This document shows, one piece after another, positions 11,849 through 23,162 of a stretch of DNA of 64,000 bases. The DNA is taken from NCBI GenBank assembly GCA_016748015.1, contig JAAOMT010000112.1, positions 1 to 64,000 on the forward strand, given 5' to 3'. The notes beneath the pieces were generated by a model that had not been told where the DNA came from, searched no databases, and saw only the letters and a program-made list of their open reading frames with translations. Within the stretch, counting starts at the first letter, position 1. The number at the start of each line of letters is the position of its first letter. Origin of the DNA: Geosiphon pyriformis uo1. Lineage: Eukaryota; Fungi; Glomeromycota. The translations under genes were made by a program, and so were the position numbers.

Positions 11849-13564
11849 AGCGACAGTAATAGTGTTAGCGAGATTTCGGATATGGAAAACTTAAAGAACA
11901 TGGTTGCAAAGAAAATGAGTTATGTGGATTTGAATGCCTCAAACACTGACAATATGGCGAACAATGCCACTCCAAGAATGACAAGGACTGTGACTTATGT
12001 GCTGGGCCAACTACCGAAACCTTTTGCTTTTGACAAAATGAGTGATGATGAAGATGTCTTGGTAATTCTGTCCCCAAAATTCTCTGGTTCCAAGCACTTG
12101 CTGGCAGCTAAGTCACGTGTCGCGGAAAATAGGAATTTTGAACCAGTTAAATCGTTTGCCTTGGATATTGAGATTTCGGCAGTGCCTGGAAAGACAAATG
12201 TTGACAGATTAATGGCTGTAAAAAAAATCTTTTATCAAATTGATGGATTTGGGGGAGCTTCGACTTTCTCAAAATTTCCAGGAATAATAAGATCATCATT
12301 TACATCTGAAAAAAGTTTGATTAAGGCAAGGGAAATGACAATCAGAGAAAAAATTTTGGTAAATGATGATCTAAGAAAAGTAAACAGCCATTCAGATCGG
12401 AAAGTAATCATCAAGAAAATCCCAGTGGATCTTCCCAAATTGGCGATTGAGGCAGTATTCTCCAAGTTTGGCAAGATCATTTCAATCAAAGTACAGCTTA
12501 TTGGTCTTTGGCAAAAGGCCTTAGTGGAATATGAATCATTTGAGATAGCTGATTTGGTCGCAGCTAGATAGTCTGTGCTCATGGGAAAGGATTCTGTTCG
12601 CATGGCAAAGGCAAGTATTGATAAACAAACATGGGTATCTAGAGATCAGCATTGGGCGTTGCTCTACACTCTTCCAATTGGCACTACCACTCATGATTTG
12701 TCTAAATTGGTGGAGGCTTATGGTGGGAAAACCTGTTTTATTGGCCATAATCCAACTTCATATGTTTCTAATCAGTGTGCTGTGATCTGTTTTGAAAGTA
12801 AGGCATTCAAGTTGGCTGCTATTGGTTTAGTTTCAGTCTTCAAGAGTGTGAGTTTGCATTAGGCCAGTCTCTTTTTGGCCTATTGCACAGTGTGTAAACA
12901 ATTCGGTCATGTTTCTGATGTTTGTTCTATGAGTGGGAATTCTGGTACTCGCAGTAAATGGGTAGTAACTTCTCAGGATCGGGTTTGTCTGACTAATGTA
13001 TATAGGAGAAAGCAGGCTTCTATCGCTCATCCAGTTTCCTTTGGTGGCAAGACATGGGCCCAAGTTGCTAGTAGCACTTCCTCTCGTGTAGTTCCTTCAG
13101 GTTCTTTTGGTGTTGGTGCAAATTTTGGTGCAGGATCTGCCTCGGTAAAATCTTCTTCTTCTAATATCTCTGGTTTGTGCAATTGGGTGGCATCTTTGGA
13201 ATGCTCTTTGGAGCTTTTGACAGACCAAGTTTCTGCCATTGTGAAAAAGCTGAGCTGTATTGAAGTGGTATCTTTGGTGTCTTTTTCTCTCGCCTCCCAT
13301 CCCATTGCGCCTGCTTCTCTGGCCTCATGCGTGGATTTGGATATGATACTGGATGTTTCGTTGGCAACGTCTCCTTCTCATTGCCCAACCATTGATGATG
13401 CTAATTCTGATTTTGGTTTCAGTAGTTCAAAGGTTTTAACTGCCAAGATTGGTAGTTTGGAGTCAAAGTTGATGGCTTTGGATGCATTAGTTGGCTCGGT
13501 TTTGGCAAGATTGGATATGTTGTGTTCTGGTTTGGGTTCTTCGGTTCTCTTCTCTTCTCAATGA
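11849..13564 (+). pseudogene. LINE ORF1 nucleic-acid-binding protein (RRM-like plus CCHC CTVCKQFGHVSDVC)
   Basis: Three in-frame ORF pieces separated by TAG at Trp positions. Confidence 0.85.
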
Positions 13565-16315
13565 CCAGTTTGATTTGGAAGGTTGCTATGTGTAATGTTC
13601 GAGGCATGAACGTTCCTGCGAAACAGGAAGATATAGTTCGTTGGCACAAGAACATGGGCAATTTGGTTTCTATTTTTACTGAAATGAAGTTGAAGAATAA
13701 GGTTTGTCCCTAGATCATCAACAAGTTTGATAGTGTTTGGGTGTTTGCCTCTGGTTTGGATTCTGGATATCTGGGTGCTGGTGTGGTGGTTGTCATGGAC
13801 TCTTTTTTGGCAAGGCATGTATACAAAGTTTCTGAAGTGTCTGGCCAGCTCCTGTCTGTTAGATTACTTTTCAAAAATAAGCTCTCAGTGTCAATTCTGG
13901 GGCTCTACGCTGGTGCGTTTTTGGTGGTGTGGTTTTCTCAGGCTGATGAGATTAACTCTCTTATTGCAAGAGCTGTCAATAAATCTTTTTTCGTCATTCT
14001 CGGGGGTGATTTTAATGAAAACGGTTCCCATAAAAGTGCAAGTTTTAAGAGATGCTTTGATTTGGGTCTGGTCAATTCTTTAGTCAGTAGCCTGGCTGCG
14101 AAAATGCCCACTTGGGAAAATTCTAGGGGTGTTAAGAAAATAATTGATTATGTGTTTGTCTCCTCGAATCTTGTCAATGCAATAGTGTGTCATGAAGTTT
14201 TGAATGTCAGTGGGCATTTTAACACAGACTATCAAGCTGTTTCAGTAGATTTGGGTTTGGACAGGCTCTTGGATACGCGTTTGAATTCTCTTCACAAGCA
14301 AGCAAATAGAGATCATTGGAAGTTTGATGTCAAAAGTGCCAATGAAGCTAAGTGGTTGGAGTTCAAGGATGCTTTAGCTGCTAATGTCTCTATGTTTTCA
14401 GATGTTTTTGGTATGGCAGTGAGGTTTTCAGATATGGACGCTATATGAGACATTGTTCGCAAGATCATGGTTCTTTTAGCGAGTGGTACATTTAAGAAAA
14501 AATGGTTCAAAGGTTTTAATGGCGTGTTTACCAAGACTTCTTCTAGGTTTCACAAGCTGGAGCTGCTGGTTTCTAAGTTGGTCAAGGCTTCGCATTTGGC
14601 TTTTAGGGATGGCTTTGCTTTTTTGTTGGAGGTGTGGCACAAACTCAACTCTCCTGGTACATCAGTGGTCAAGTCTCTGTTTCTTTTAGGTTCTAATTTT
14701 GATCTTATTCATTCTGCACTGGCCAAAGCAAGGAAATTGTACCACTTTTTCAAATTATTAGAATCCAAGCGCGCTGAAAAATCCTCAATCAAGCAGGCTA
14801 TTGGTAAGAGAATGGAGAGTTTTGAGCTGAACAAGAGTCACACTATTAGAAGTGTTTTGAAGTGTCTTTTTTGCAAGGTGGTCCTAAATTATCTGGTTGT
14901 AGAAGATAAGTTGATTTTGGAGCCTGATTTGGTTAAGTCTAAGGTGGACAAGATTATAGAGGGATGGACCAGAAAACGTGAGGTGGTGTCTGACTTATCT
15001 GAGAATTGGGCTCGTCAATTTCAGCCTCTGGATTACATGTTTGATAGTGCTTTCTCTGATGTTATGTGCTCAATTAGTTTTAATGAATTGTCAGCTGTTG
15101 TTAAAGATTTTTCTGATGAAAAAGCAGCTGGGCTTTCTGGTATCTCCAACGAATTGTGGAAACATTGTGACAAATCTGTTTTGGATATGCTTTTGGTGCT
15201 CTTAAATTTCTGTCTGGTTGGTGAGTCAGTTCCTGGGCCTTGGAGGGAAACTTGGATTTCGATGATTTCTAAACCATATAAATAGGAGGGAGTTCTTACA
15301 AACACCCATCCTATAGCTTTAATTGAAACAGCCTGCAAGATTCTTTCCAAGATCCTTTCAGATAGGATCTCTTTGGCTTGCAGCACTTTTGATGTTCTTT
15401 GTGAGGACAATTTTTCGGTTTTGAAAGGTATGACAATGCAATCTCCCATTTTTGCTGTTGGTTCTGTAGTTGAGGATGCCTTGGAGAAGAACCGTGAACT
15501 TTGGCTGGTTTTACAAGACATGCACAAGGCTTATGACTTGGTTGGTTGAAAACATCTTAAGAGGAGTCTGGTTAGGATCAAAATGTGTGACAGATTTATT
15601 AGATTTTTTGGCAGTATTCACAATAATCACGTCAACAGAGTGATGACTGACTTTGGTTTGACTGATGGGTATTGTATCCATGATGGGCTGGATCAGGGAG
15701 AAGTTTTCTCGCCTCTTTTCTGACATATTTTTTATGATTCACTTTTGTGCGAAGTCAAGAGACAGGAGAGTATGTGTGGCTACAGGTTGAATTCTCATTT
15801 TGTTTCTAAAACAGGCCGAGTAGATCTTCGAGCTAGACTGATTTTGTTTCTCGCTGCTGGTGCTTTCATCAATGATACTATTTGGGTTGGTAGCAGCCAG
15901 GCTGCTACACAACACATTTTTGATGTTACTAGTGAATTTTTCAGGTTCAATGACATTTCTGTGAATAACGACAAGATGGTGACCATCCCTATCAACTGTT
16001 GGGTGACGGACCCTTGTTTAACAATCAGTGGCGTGCTTATTTCCATCGCCAAGAAAGGGGAATCTCATCGCTATTTGGGTATTTTTTTGTCTTCTAAGAG
16101 TCTTTCAAAGCCTAGCTTGGCTAAAGCTTAGACTGATATATGGTTTTTTGTGAATCTTGTTTTGAGGAAGGTGATTTTGGACAAACAGTGTGCATATTTG
16201 GTGTCTGCGGTTCTTTTCCCTATCATTAGCTACAGGACTCAATTCAGTTTCATTTCTATTGGTGTTTGTAGTAAATGGGATGCTTTAGTACACAAGATCT
16301 TTAGGTCTAAGTCTG
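13561..16315 (+). pseudogene. LINE ORF2 (APE endonuclease and RT), truncated
   Basis: In-frame fragments 13741-14448, 14467-15285, 15745-16131 and 16150-16315. Confidence 0.85.
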
Positions 16316-16475
16316 AGTTGTCAGTCATAAGTCCAAGTAGTTCTAAAGTTTTAACTACCAAAATTGGTGGTTTAGAATCCAAGATGATGGCTTTGGAGGT
16401 TTCGGTTGAATCTGTTTTGGAAAAATTGGATCATTTGTGCTCAGGTTTGGGTTTGTTGGCTGCCTCTATTTCTCA

Positions 16476-19400
16476 ATGAATGTTTTGGTTTAGAAGATTG
16501 CCATGTGCAATATAAGAGGCATAAACAATCCTGCGAAACAGAATGATATAATTTGTTGGCATAAGGAGACAAACAATTTGATTTCTATTGTTATTAAGAC
16601 CAAGTTAAAGAATAAAATTTGCCCATGGATTATGAATAAGTTTGATGGTGTCTGAGTGTTTACCTCTGATTTGGATTCTGGTCATGTGGGCTCTGGCATT
16701 GCAATTGTCATGGACATTTCTTTGGCAAGACATGTGTGCAAAGTTTTTGAAGTGCCTGATCAGCTTCTGTCTATTAAGTTGCTTTTTAAAAATAAACTTT
16801 TTGTGTCTATTTTGGGGTTATATACTGGTGCTTCTTCAACAATTTGGTTTTCTCAGGCTGGTAAAGTCAACTCTCTCATTGCTAAGACTGTTAATAAATC
16901 TTCTTTTATTGTTTTGGGTGGTGATTTCAATGAGGACAGTTTGCATAAGAGTGCGAGTTTTAAAAAATGTCTAGACTTGGAGCTGGTCAACTTTTTGTCA
17001 AGTAGCCCAGAAGTGAAAAGTCTTACATAAGAAAATTTGAGAAGTGTGAAAAAAACAATTGATTTCATGTTAGTTTCATCTAATTTGGTTAATGCAGTAG
17101 TGGATCACAATGTTGTAGATGTGAGTGAACATTTTAAAACTGATCATTGGGCAGTTTCTGTTTTTGTGGGCCTGAGCAGTCTGCTGGATACTCAGTTAAA
17201 CTCTTTTCATAGGCAGACTAATAGAGATCATTGGAAGTTTGATTTTAGGGGTGCTGATAATATTAAATGGAAAAGTTTTGAAGATGCCACTTCAGCCAAT
17301 ACTGATATGTTTGCTGATGAGTTTGAAGCTGTTGTACAACTTTTGGATTTGGATATTATGTAGAATGTTTTGCACAAAATAATGACTCTTTCAGCTAATG
17401 AGATATTTAGGAAGAAATGGTTCAAGGATTTTGATGGAGTTTTCACCAGAGATTCTTTGAGGTTTCATAAGCTGAAGTTGCTGGTGTCTAAGCTGGTTAA
17501 GACTTCTCACTTGGTTTCTAGTGTAGAATTTGCTTCATTGTTAAATATGTGGTGTAAGATTGATGCTGATGGTACAGCAGTGATAAAGTCTTTATTTCTT
17601 TCAGGTTCCAATTTCAACACAATTTGCTCGGCTCTGGCTAAGATAAGGAAATTTTACCACTCTTCTAAGTTGCTGGAATCCAGGCATGCTAAGGAAGTGT
17701 GTATCAAGGCAGCTATTAATAAGAGAATGGAAAGCTTTGAATTTAACAAAGATCATACCATTAAGAGTGTTTTGGAGCACCTCTTTTGCAAGATGGTACT
17801 GGATCATCTGGTAGTAAGTAATGAATTAGTATTGGAGCCAAGCCTAGTTAAATCTAGGGTGAATAGGATCATGGAAGGTTGGACCAGAAAGCACAGAGTA
17901 ATGCCTGACATCTCAGATGAATGGTTCTACCAATACTGGCCTCTGGAGTATGTTTTTAATGATGTTTTTTCTGGCGTGATGTGCTCTGTTGATATTGATG
18001 AGTTGCTTGGTGTGGTTTCTAATCTTCCTGAGGGTAAAGCTGCTGGTCTCTCTGGGATTTCAAATGAATTCTGGAAACATTGTGATAAATCAGTTTTGGA
18101 TATGCTTTTGGTGTTTTTGAATTCTTGTTTGATTTGCAAATCAGTATCCAGTGCTTGGAAGGAAGCTTGGGTCTCGATGATTCCTAAGCTGTATGAAAGG
18201 GATGGAATTCTTATGAACACCCGACTTATTGCCTTGATTGAAACTGCCCACAAGATTTTTTCCAAAATTCTCTCGAATAGGATCTCGTCAGCATGTAGTA
18301 CTTTTGACATTTTGCATGGGGACAATTTTTCAGTCCTGAGGGATATGACAATGCAGTTACCCATTTTTGCCATTGGTTCAGTGGTTGAAGATGTTTTGGA
18401 GAAGGGTTGTGAACTCTGGTTGGTCTTGCAGAACATGCAGAAGACTTATAATTCTGTTGAGTGGGAGCATCTTCAAAACAGTTTGGTTAGAATAAAAATG
18501 TGTAACAGATTTATTAGGTTTTTTGGTGGTATTCATAATGATCACGTTAATAGGGTTATGACAGATTTTGGTTTGATGGATGGATACAGAGTGCACGATG
18601 ACTTGGACCAGAAGGAGGTGTTCTCGCCACTCCTTTGGCACATATTTTATGATCCTCTTCTGTGTGAAGTCAAGAGACAAACAGATGAGTGTGGATATAG
18701 GTTGAATTCTTACTTTATTTTTGGATGTGGTCATGCTGAATCTCAGGCTGGTCTCTCCTTTTTTTTTACCGCAGATGCCTTTGTTGATGATACTATATGG
18801 ATTGGCAGCAGTCAAAGTGCTATGCAGCACATTCTCAACATTGCTAGTGAATTTTTTAATATCAATAATATTTCAATTAATAATAATAAGACTGTAGCCA
18901 TTCCCATTAATTGCAAGATTGTGGATCTTTCCCTGTTGATCAGTGGGTCACCTATTTTTATTGCCAAGAAAGGGGAATTGCATCACTATTTAGGGATCTA
19001 TCTGTTGACTAAGGGTTTTTTCAAACCTAGCCTGGCCAAAGCACATTCTGATGTCCAGTTTTTTGCTAATCTGGTTCTTAAGAAAGCAGTATCTGATAAG
19101 CAGTTTTCGTATTTGGTTTCAGCAGTTTTCTTTCCTATCATTGGTTATAGAACACAATTCAGTTATGTTCCTGTCAATGCTTGTAAGAAATGGGACACTT
19201 TGATTTATAAGGGCTTGAAATCTAAGTCTGTTTGCTGCATGACTTCTCTAGTGATGCAATTCATCATTCTTCTCTGTACAGTTTGAAAACTTTTAAACAG
19301 ATTCAGGTTGAGAATAAGTTGGCTTCTATTTTGGGTCATCTATTCTCTCACTGGTCACATGATCTTCAGGTTCTCTGCTGGCATCCACTTCATCCTTTGC

Positions 19401-22114
19401 AGTATCCAGTTCATGTTAAGGTCAACCCTCTGAATAATTTTTTGGCTGGTATGATGTGCATTTTCTTTAGAAATGATTTGTCCTTGGGTGGGTCCCTAAT
19501 CAATGCTTTTCGTCATCAGGATGAAACTCTTATGTCTTGTGTTCTTGGTAAATCAACCTATTTTAAGTGTGTCTTTTCACTTTGGCGTTATAAGATTGTC
19601 TTTGTAGACCAGCTGCTTGACCAAAGTGGGGCTATTTTTGATTGGAAAACCTTCAAGTGGTGGAAGTAGTTAGACCTGCATGGTCCAGTTCTTGCCTGGT
19701 TTGAGCTTTCTGTTTGGTTTTTTAGTGGTGTGTCCTCTCTTTCTGTCTATTCCTTGTCTTTGAATGATGGTGGCTCTTCAAATATTTTTTTTTCTTGTGG
19801 ATTTAGTGCTATTAGTGCAAATTTGTTGTGTTCTAATATTGGTCACCTTTCTGTCTATACGGATGAATCTTTGAGTGGCTTGGAGTCTGTTGATATGAAA
19901 GCTGGGGCTGCTGTTTTTTTTAAGAACATTGGTATGAGTTTGGGTGTGGGAGTTTCTAGTTTGATGTTTTCTATCTTGATAGAGTTGCAGGCCATTGCTC
20001 TAGCTCTCAAGTGTGTTCCTTTTTCTCACTCAATCAACTTGTTCTCAAACAGTCAAGTGGCTTTAGATGCTTGCAAGTTGGAATTGGATTTGGTTCACCC
20101 AGATTTTAGAAATCAGTATTGGATTGAACATCGCCATATTGTAAATGTTGTTTGTCATAAGAATTTGAACATTAATTAGTATAAAGTCAAAGGTCATTTA
20201 GGTGTTTCAGGCAATGAGTGTGCAAATGAGTTGGCTAGAACTGCGGCTCTTTCTAGCTGGAATCTGCCCCATTCTATCAATGAACACTATTTCAGGGTTG
20301 GTGGTGCTGCCATTTCTGGTAATTCTAAACATTTTGTTTGGGATGTTTTTCAGTCAGTCTATTGTGCACATTGGTAAATTGGTTCTGGTTCATGGGTGGT
20401 GGTGGATAGTCTGTGTGTGAATATTGATTGGTTCAGATTATTGTTGATATGGCATCTGGACTTTCACATGGCTGCTGGCTTCACTAGCAAGCGAACTGCT
20501 GGTTTTCGGATGTATTTTATGAAGGCATTACATCTTCAGCTCCCTGTTGCCATGTGAAAACAGCTTTATGATAAGAGTTATCCTAGTGTGGTGTGTTTGT
20601 TTTGTGATGATGTCAATGTTACCAGATGAAATTAGAGATATTGCTTAACATGAAATTACCCTTATAATTTTTATTATTAATTAGCATTTCAAATTATTAC
20701 TTATTATATTAGCAAAATATCCGAAATTATCATTTAAATTAATAACCCAATTTGTACATAACACAAATGTAACCTAATTGTAATGATCAATCATGCAATA
20801 CCCCAAACTATATAACATTCAAAAAAGTTTGCCGAAATTTGTAGAAATTTGCTAAAATAATTGATAGTTCACCGAAATATCTAATAGTTTGCAGAAATAA
20901 CTTGTAGTTCACCAAAATGTATCTTTAGTTTAGCAAAATTGTAGAAAATAGCAAAGTTCAAGTTCATAGAATAGTGTTACAACAAGTTGTATAAAAGAAG
21001 AGCTTTTCTTTTCGAGAAAATATATCTTACTTTAGATTTATTACTTAGAACCATTCCTACACACACAAAAAAAAATAAATATCAAATAATTTAAAAAACC
21101 AAATTCTTTAATTATTGCACTTAGAAAATCCCCAAAACCCAACTAACATTTTGAAATTGATTAGCTACCAATTTCAGTAAACTGTTAGTGACTCCAGGCC
21201 TGGATAGAAAATGTTTCCCTTAACAGAATTCAATTTCTTTTACATTTCTTTTATTTTTCTTTTTATTTTTTTATTATAATTATTAGGGTAGCCTACAAAC
21301 AAAATTTCTATAGAAGAGTTGACTTTTATAGCAAAGTAACTACACATTTTAGTAAGCTTCCAGATGAGCAATTTCTGGGAAAAAGTTGACATTTACTACA
21401 ATGTAACTACATAAAATAACTGGCAAGGAATTGGCCATTCCACTATAAGTCCAACAATTCGAATTATAGGAGATAATTTAAAGATAAATTCAGTTATTGG
21501 AGATTCAACTACTTCTAGAAAACGTGAATTTACAACCAACAGACATTTACAACATTCAAGAAAAGAGACCAAAAAAAACCTCCGGTAACATCAAAGTCTT
21601 AGACCATGTTTTTTCTTGTCTGTTTAATACCAATATTTGTGGTCATTTGTTGAACTCTCATGCTTCAGCTTGGGGAGTGCAATCTGGTCTAGGTTGTTCT
21701 TTTTCAGTTGTCTTGTAGCTGTTGTTTACTTGTTTGTCTGACATTTTGGTTAGCACTGCTCTGTGCAAGGGTTTTGTTTTCAAGGATTGGTTTTGTGAGT
21801 CTGTTTCTGTTTTCAAGAATTCCAGAATAGCAAGTCAGACCATTGTGGTCTTTGTGCATGAGTTTAGTCATGCTTTTTGGGAAGACATTTGGTTGGTTCA
21901 TGCCAAGCACTGTGTCTTTATAGAAAAAAATGGGCTTATTCCACGTGATAGATCTGTTCTTATCTCAATTTCTGGGCTTTCTTCAGTACTGTTGACAAGC
22001 GTGATTGGATTGCTGGGTGTTGCTGAGGCAATTGGTGTTGGTTTCAGTTTTCGTAAGTCTTGTTTGTTTTTTTCAGGCATAAGTAATGAAGTTTCTGTTT
22101 ATATAAGTGTATAG
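16476..22114 (+). pseudogene. LINE ORF2 (APE-RT-RNase H-Cys/His finger)
   Basis: ORFs 16656-17030, 17037-17363, 17370-19286, 19232-19669, 19730-20179 and 21722-22114; C-terminal CLFCDDV|KVLDHVFSC split by the insertion. Confidence 0.85.
20617..21590 (+). mobile_element. Solo LTR (second LTR family), 974 bp, 4-bp TSD TCAA
   Basis: TGTTACC...GGTAACA termini; TCAA at 20613-20616 and 21591-21594; removal restores the ORF2 frame; TATAAAAG at ~20990. Confidence 0.85.
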
Positions 22115-23162
22115 TATTGTCCTGATTAGTTCGAGTGGCTGGTCACGTGTAAAAAGAGCATAATTTACACCTAGTTTAGATCATTTTGTATGATGTATTG
22201 CACTAGGCAGTGTTTGGACTTTACTCATTAAATCAAAAAAAATATATATATATATAAATTAAAATTATTATTAAACAAAAATTTTATATATTAAAAACTA
22301 CTTAAAAAAACAAAAAAACATCTAATATATTAGTTTTTTTTTAAAATATTTAACAAAATATTATAATTAGTTTTATTATTAATATTCTTATTATTTAGAA
22401 ATTATAATATTAAAATAAATCAAATTAAAACTAAATTTTTAAGATTTAATTTTTTTATTAATAAAATATAATTTAAGTAAAAAATTTTACTTTTATTAAT
22501 TAACTACTTATTTATTATTATATTAAAAATCAATCATAAAAAAATACAATATCTTAATTAATATTTTAAAAACAAAATTTTTTTACACATATAAAAAATA
22601 TTCAAATTAATATTATTTAAATAATAAGTAATAATTTAACAAAATTCCGAAACTTTTTATCAAAAAGTTTCTTAGTAACCATATTTTTAACTTAATTAAA
22701 TTGAAAAATAAATTTGGAAATCTTTATTTTAAAATCTGCAAATCCAAAATTTGTGTTAAAAAAATTTAATATAAAAGCAATTTTGTTTTTAACTTGTAAT
22801 TATTTAAAAGTTTTAAAATTATATAATAAAAATAGTATTAAATAAATTAGTTTTGGATTTTAGGTTTTTATTGTAATTAAATTTTATTTTTTATATATAC
22901 TTTTAAAAACATAATATATTTAAATATAATTAATAATAAATTATAATATTACTAATATTAAATAGCAAAATTGTTTATCTAAAATAGTTTTTTTTTAAAT
23001 TTTGTTAATAAAAAGTTTAATATTTAAAATTTTTTTTTTTATTAGGAGTTTTACGAGTGCAGCCCAATTACTACCTAAATATATAGATCTACATAATCTA
23101 AATTAAGTGTGGCTCATGCCTTTTCTACAAGTGACCAGCCATTTGGACTAATCAAAACAGCA

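Larger units (their letters stand above)
11849..16315 (+). mobile_element. LINE copy A (5' truncated; ORF1 plus ORF2 APE and RT; 3' part absent)
   Basis: ORF1 pieces 11882-13564; ORF2 pieces from 13561 with CNVRG, ILGGDFNE, IDYVFVS, GLDQGEVFSP and AFINDTIW. Confidence 0.9.
16316..22242 (+). mobile_element. LINE copy B (starts in the ORF1 3' end; full ORF2, 3' UTR, polyA), interrupted by a solo LTR
   Basis: ORF1 tail SPSSSKVLTTKIGGLESK...SQ*; ORF2 from 16476; RT AFVDDTIW; RNase H VYTDESL..ELQAIALAL; polyA 22235-22242. Confidence 0.9.
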
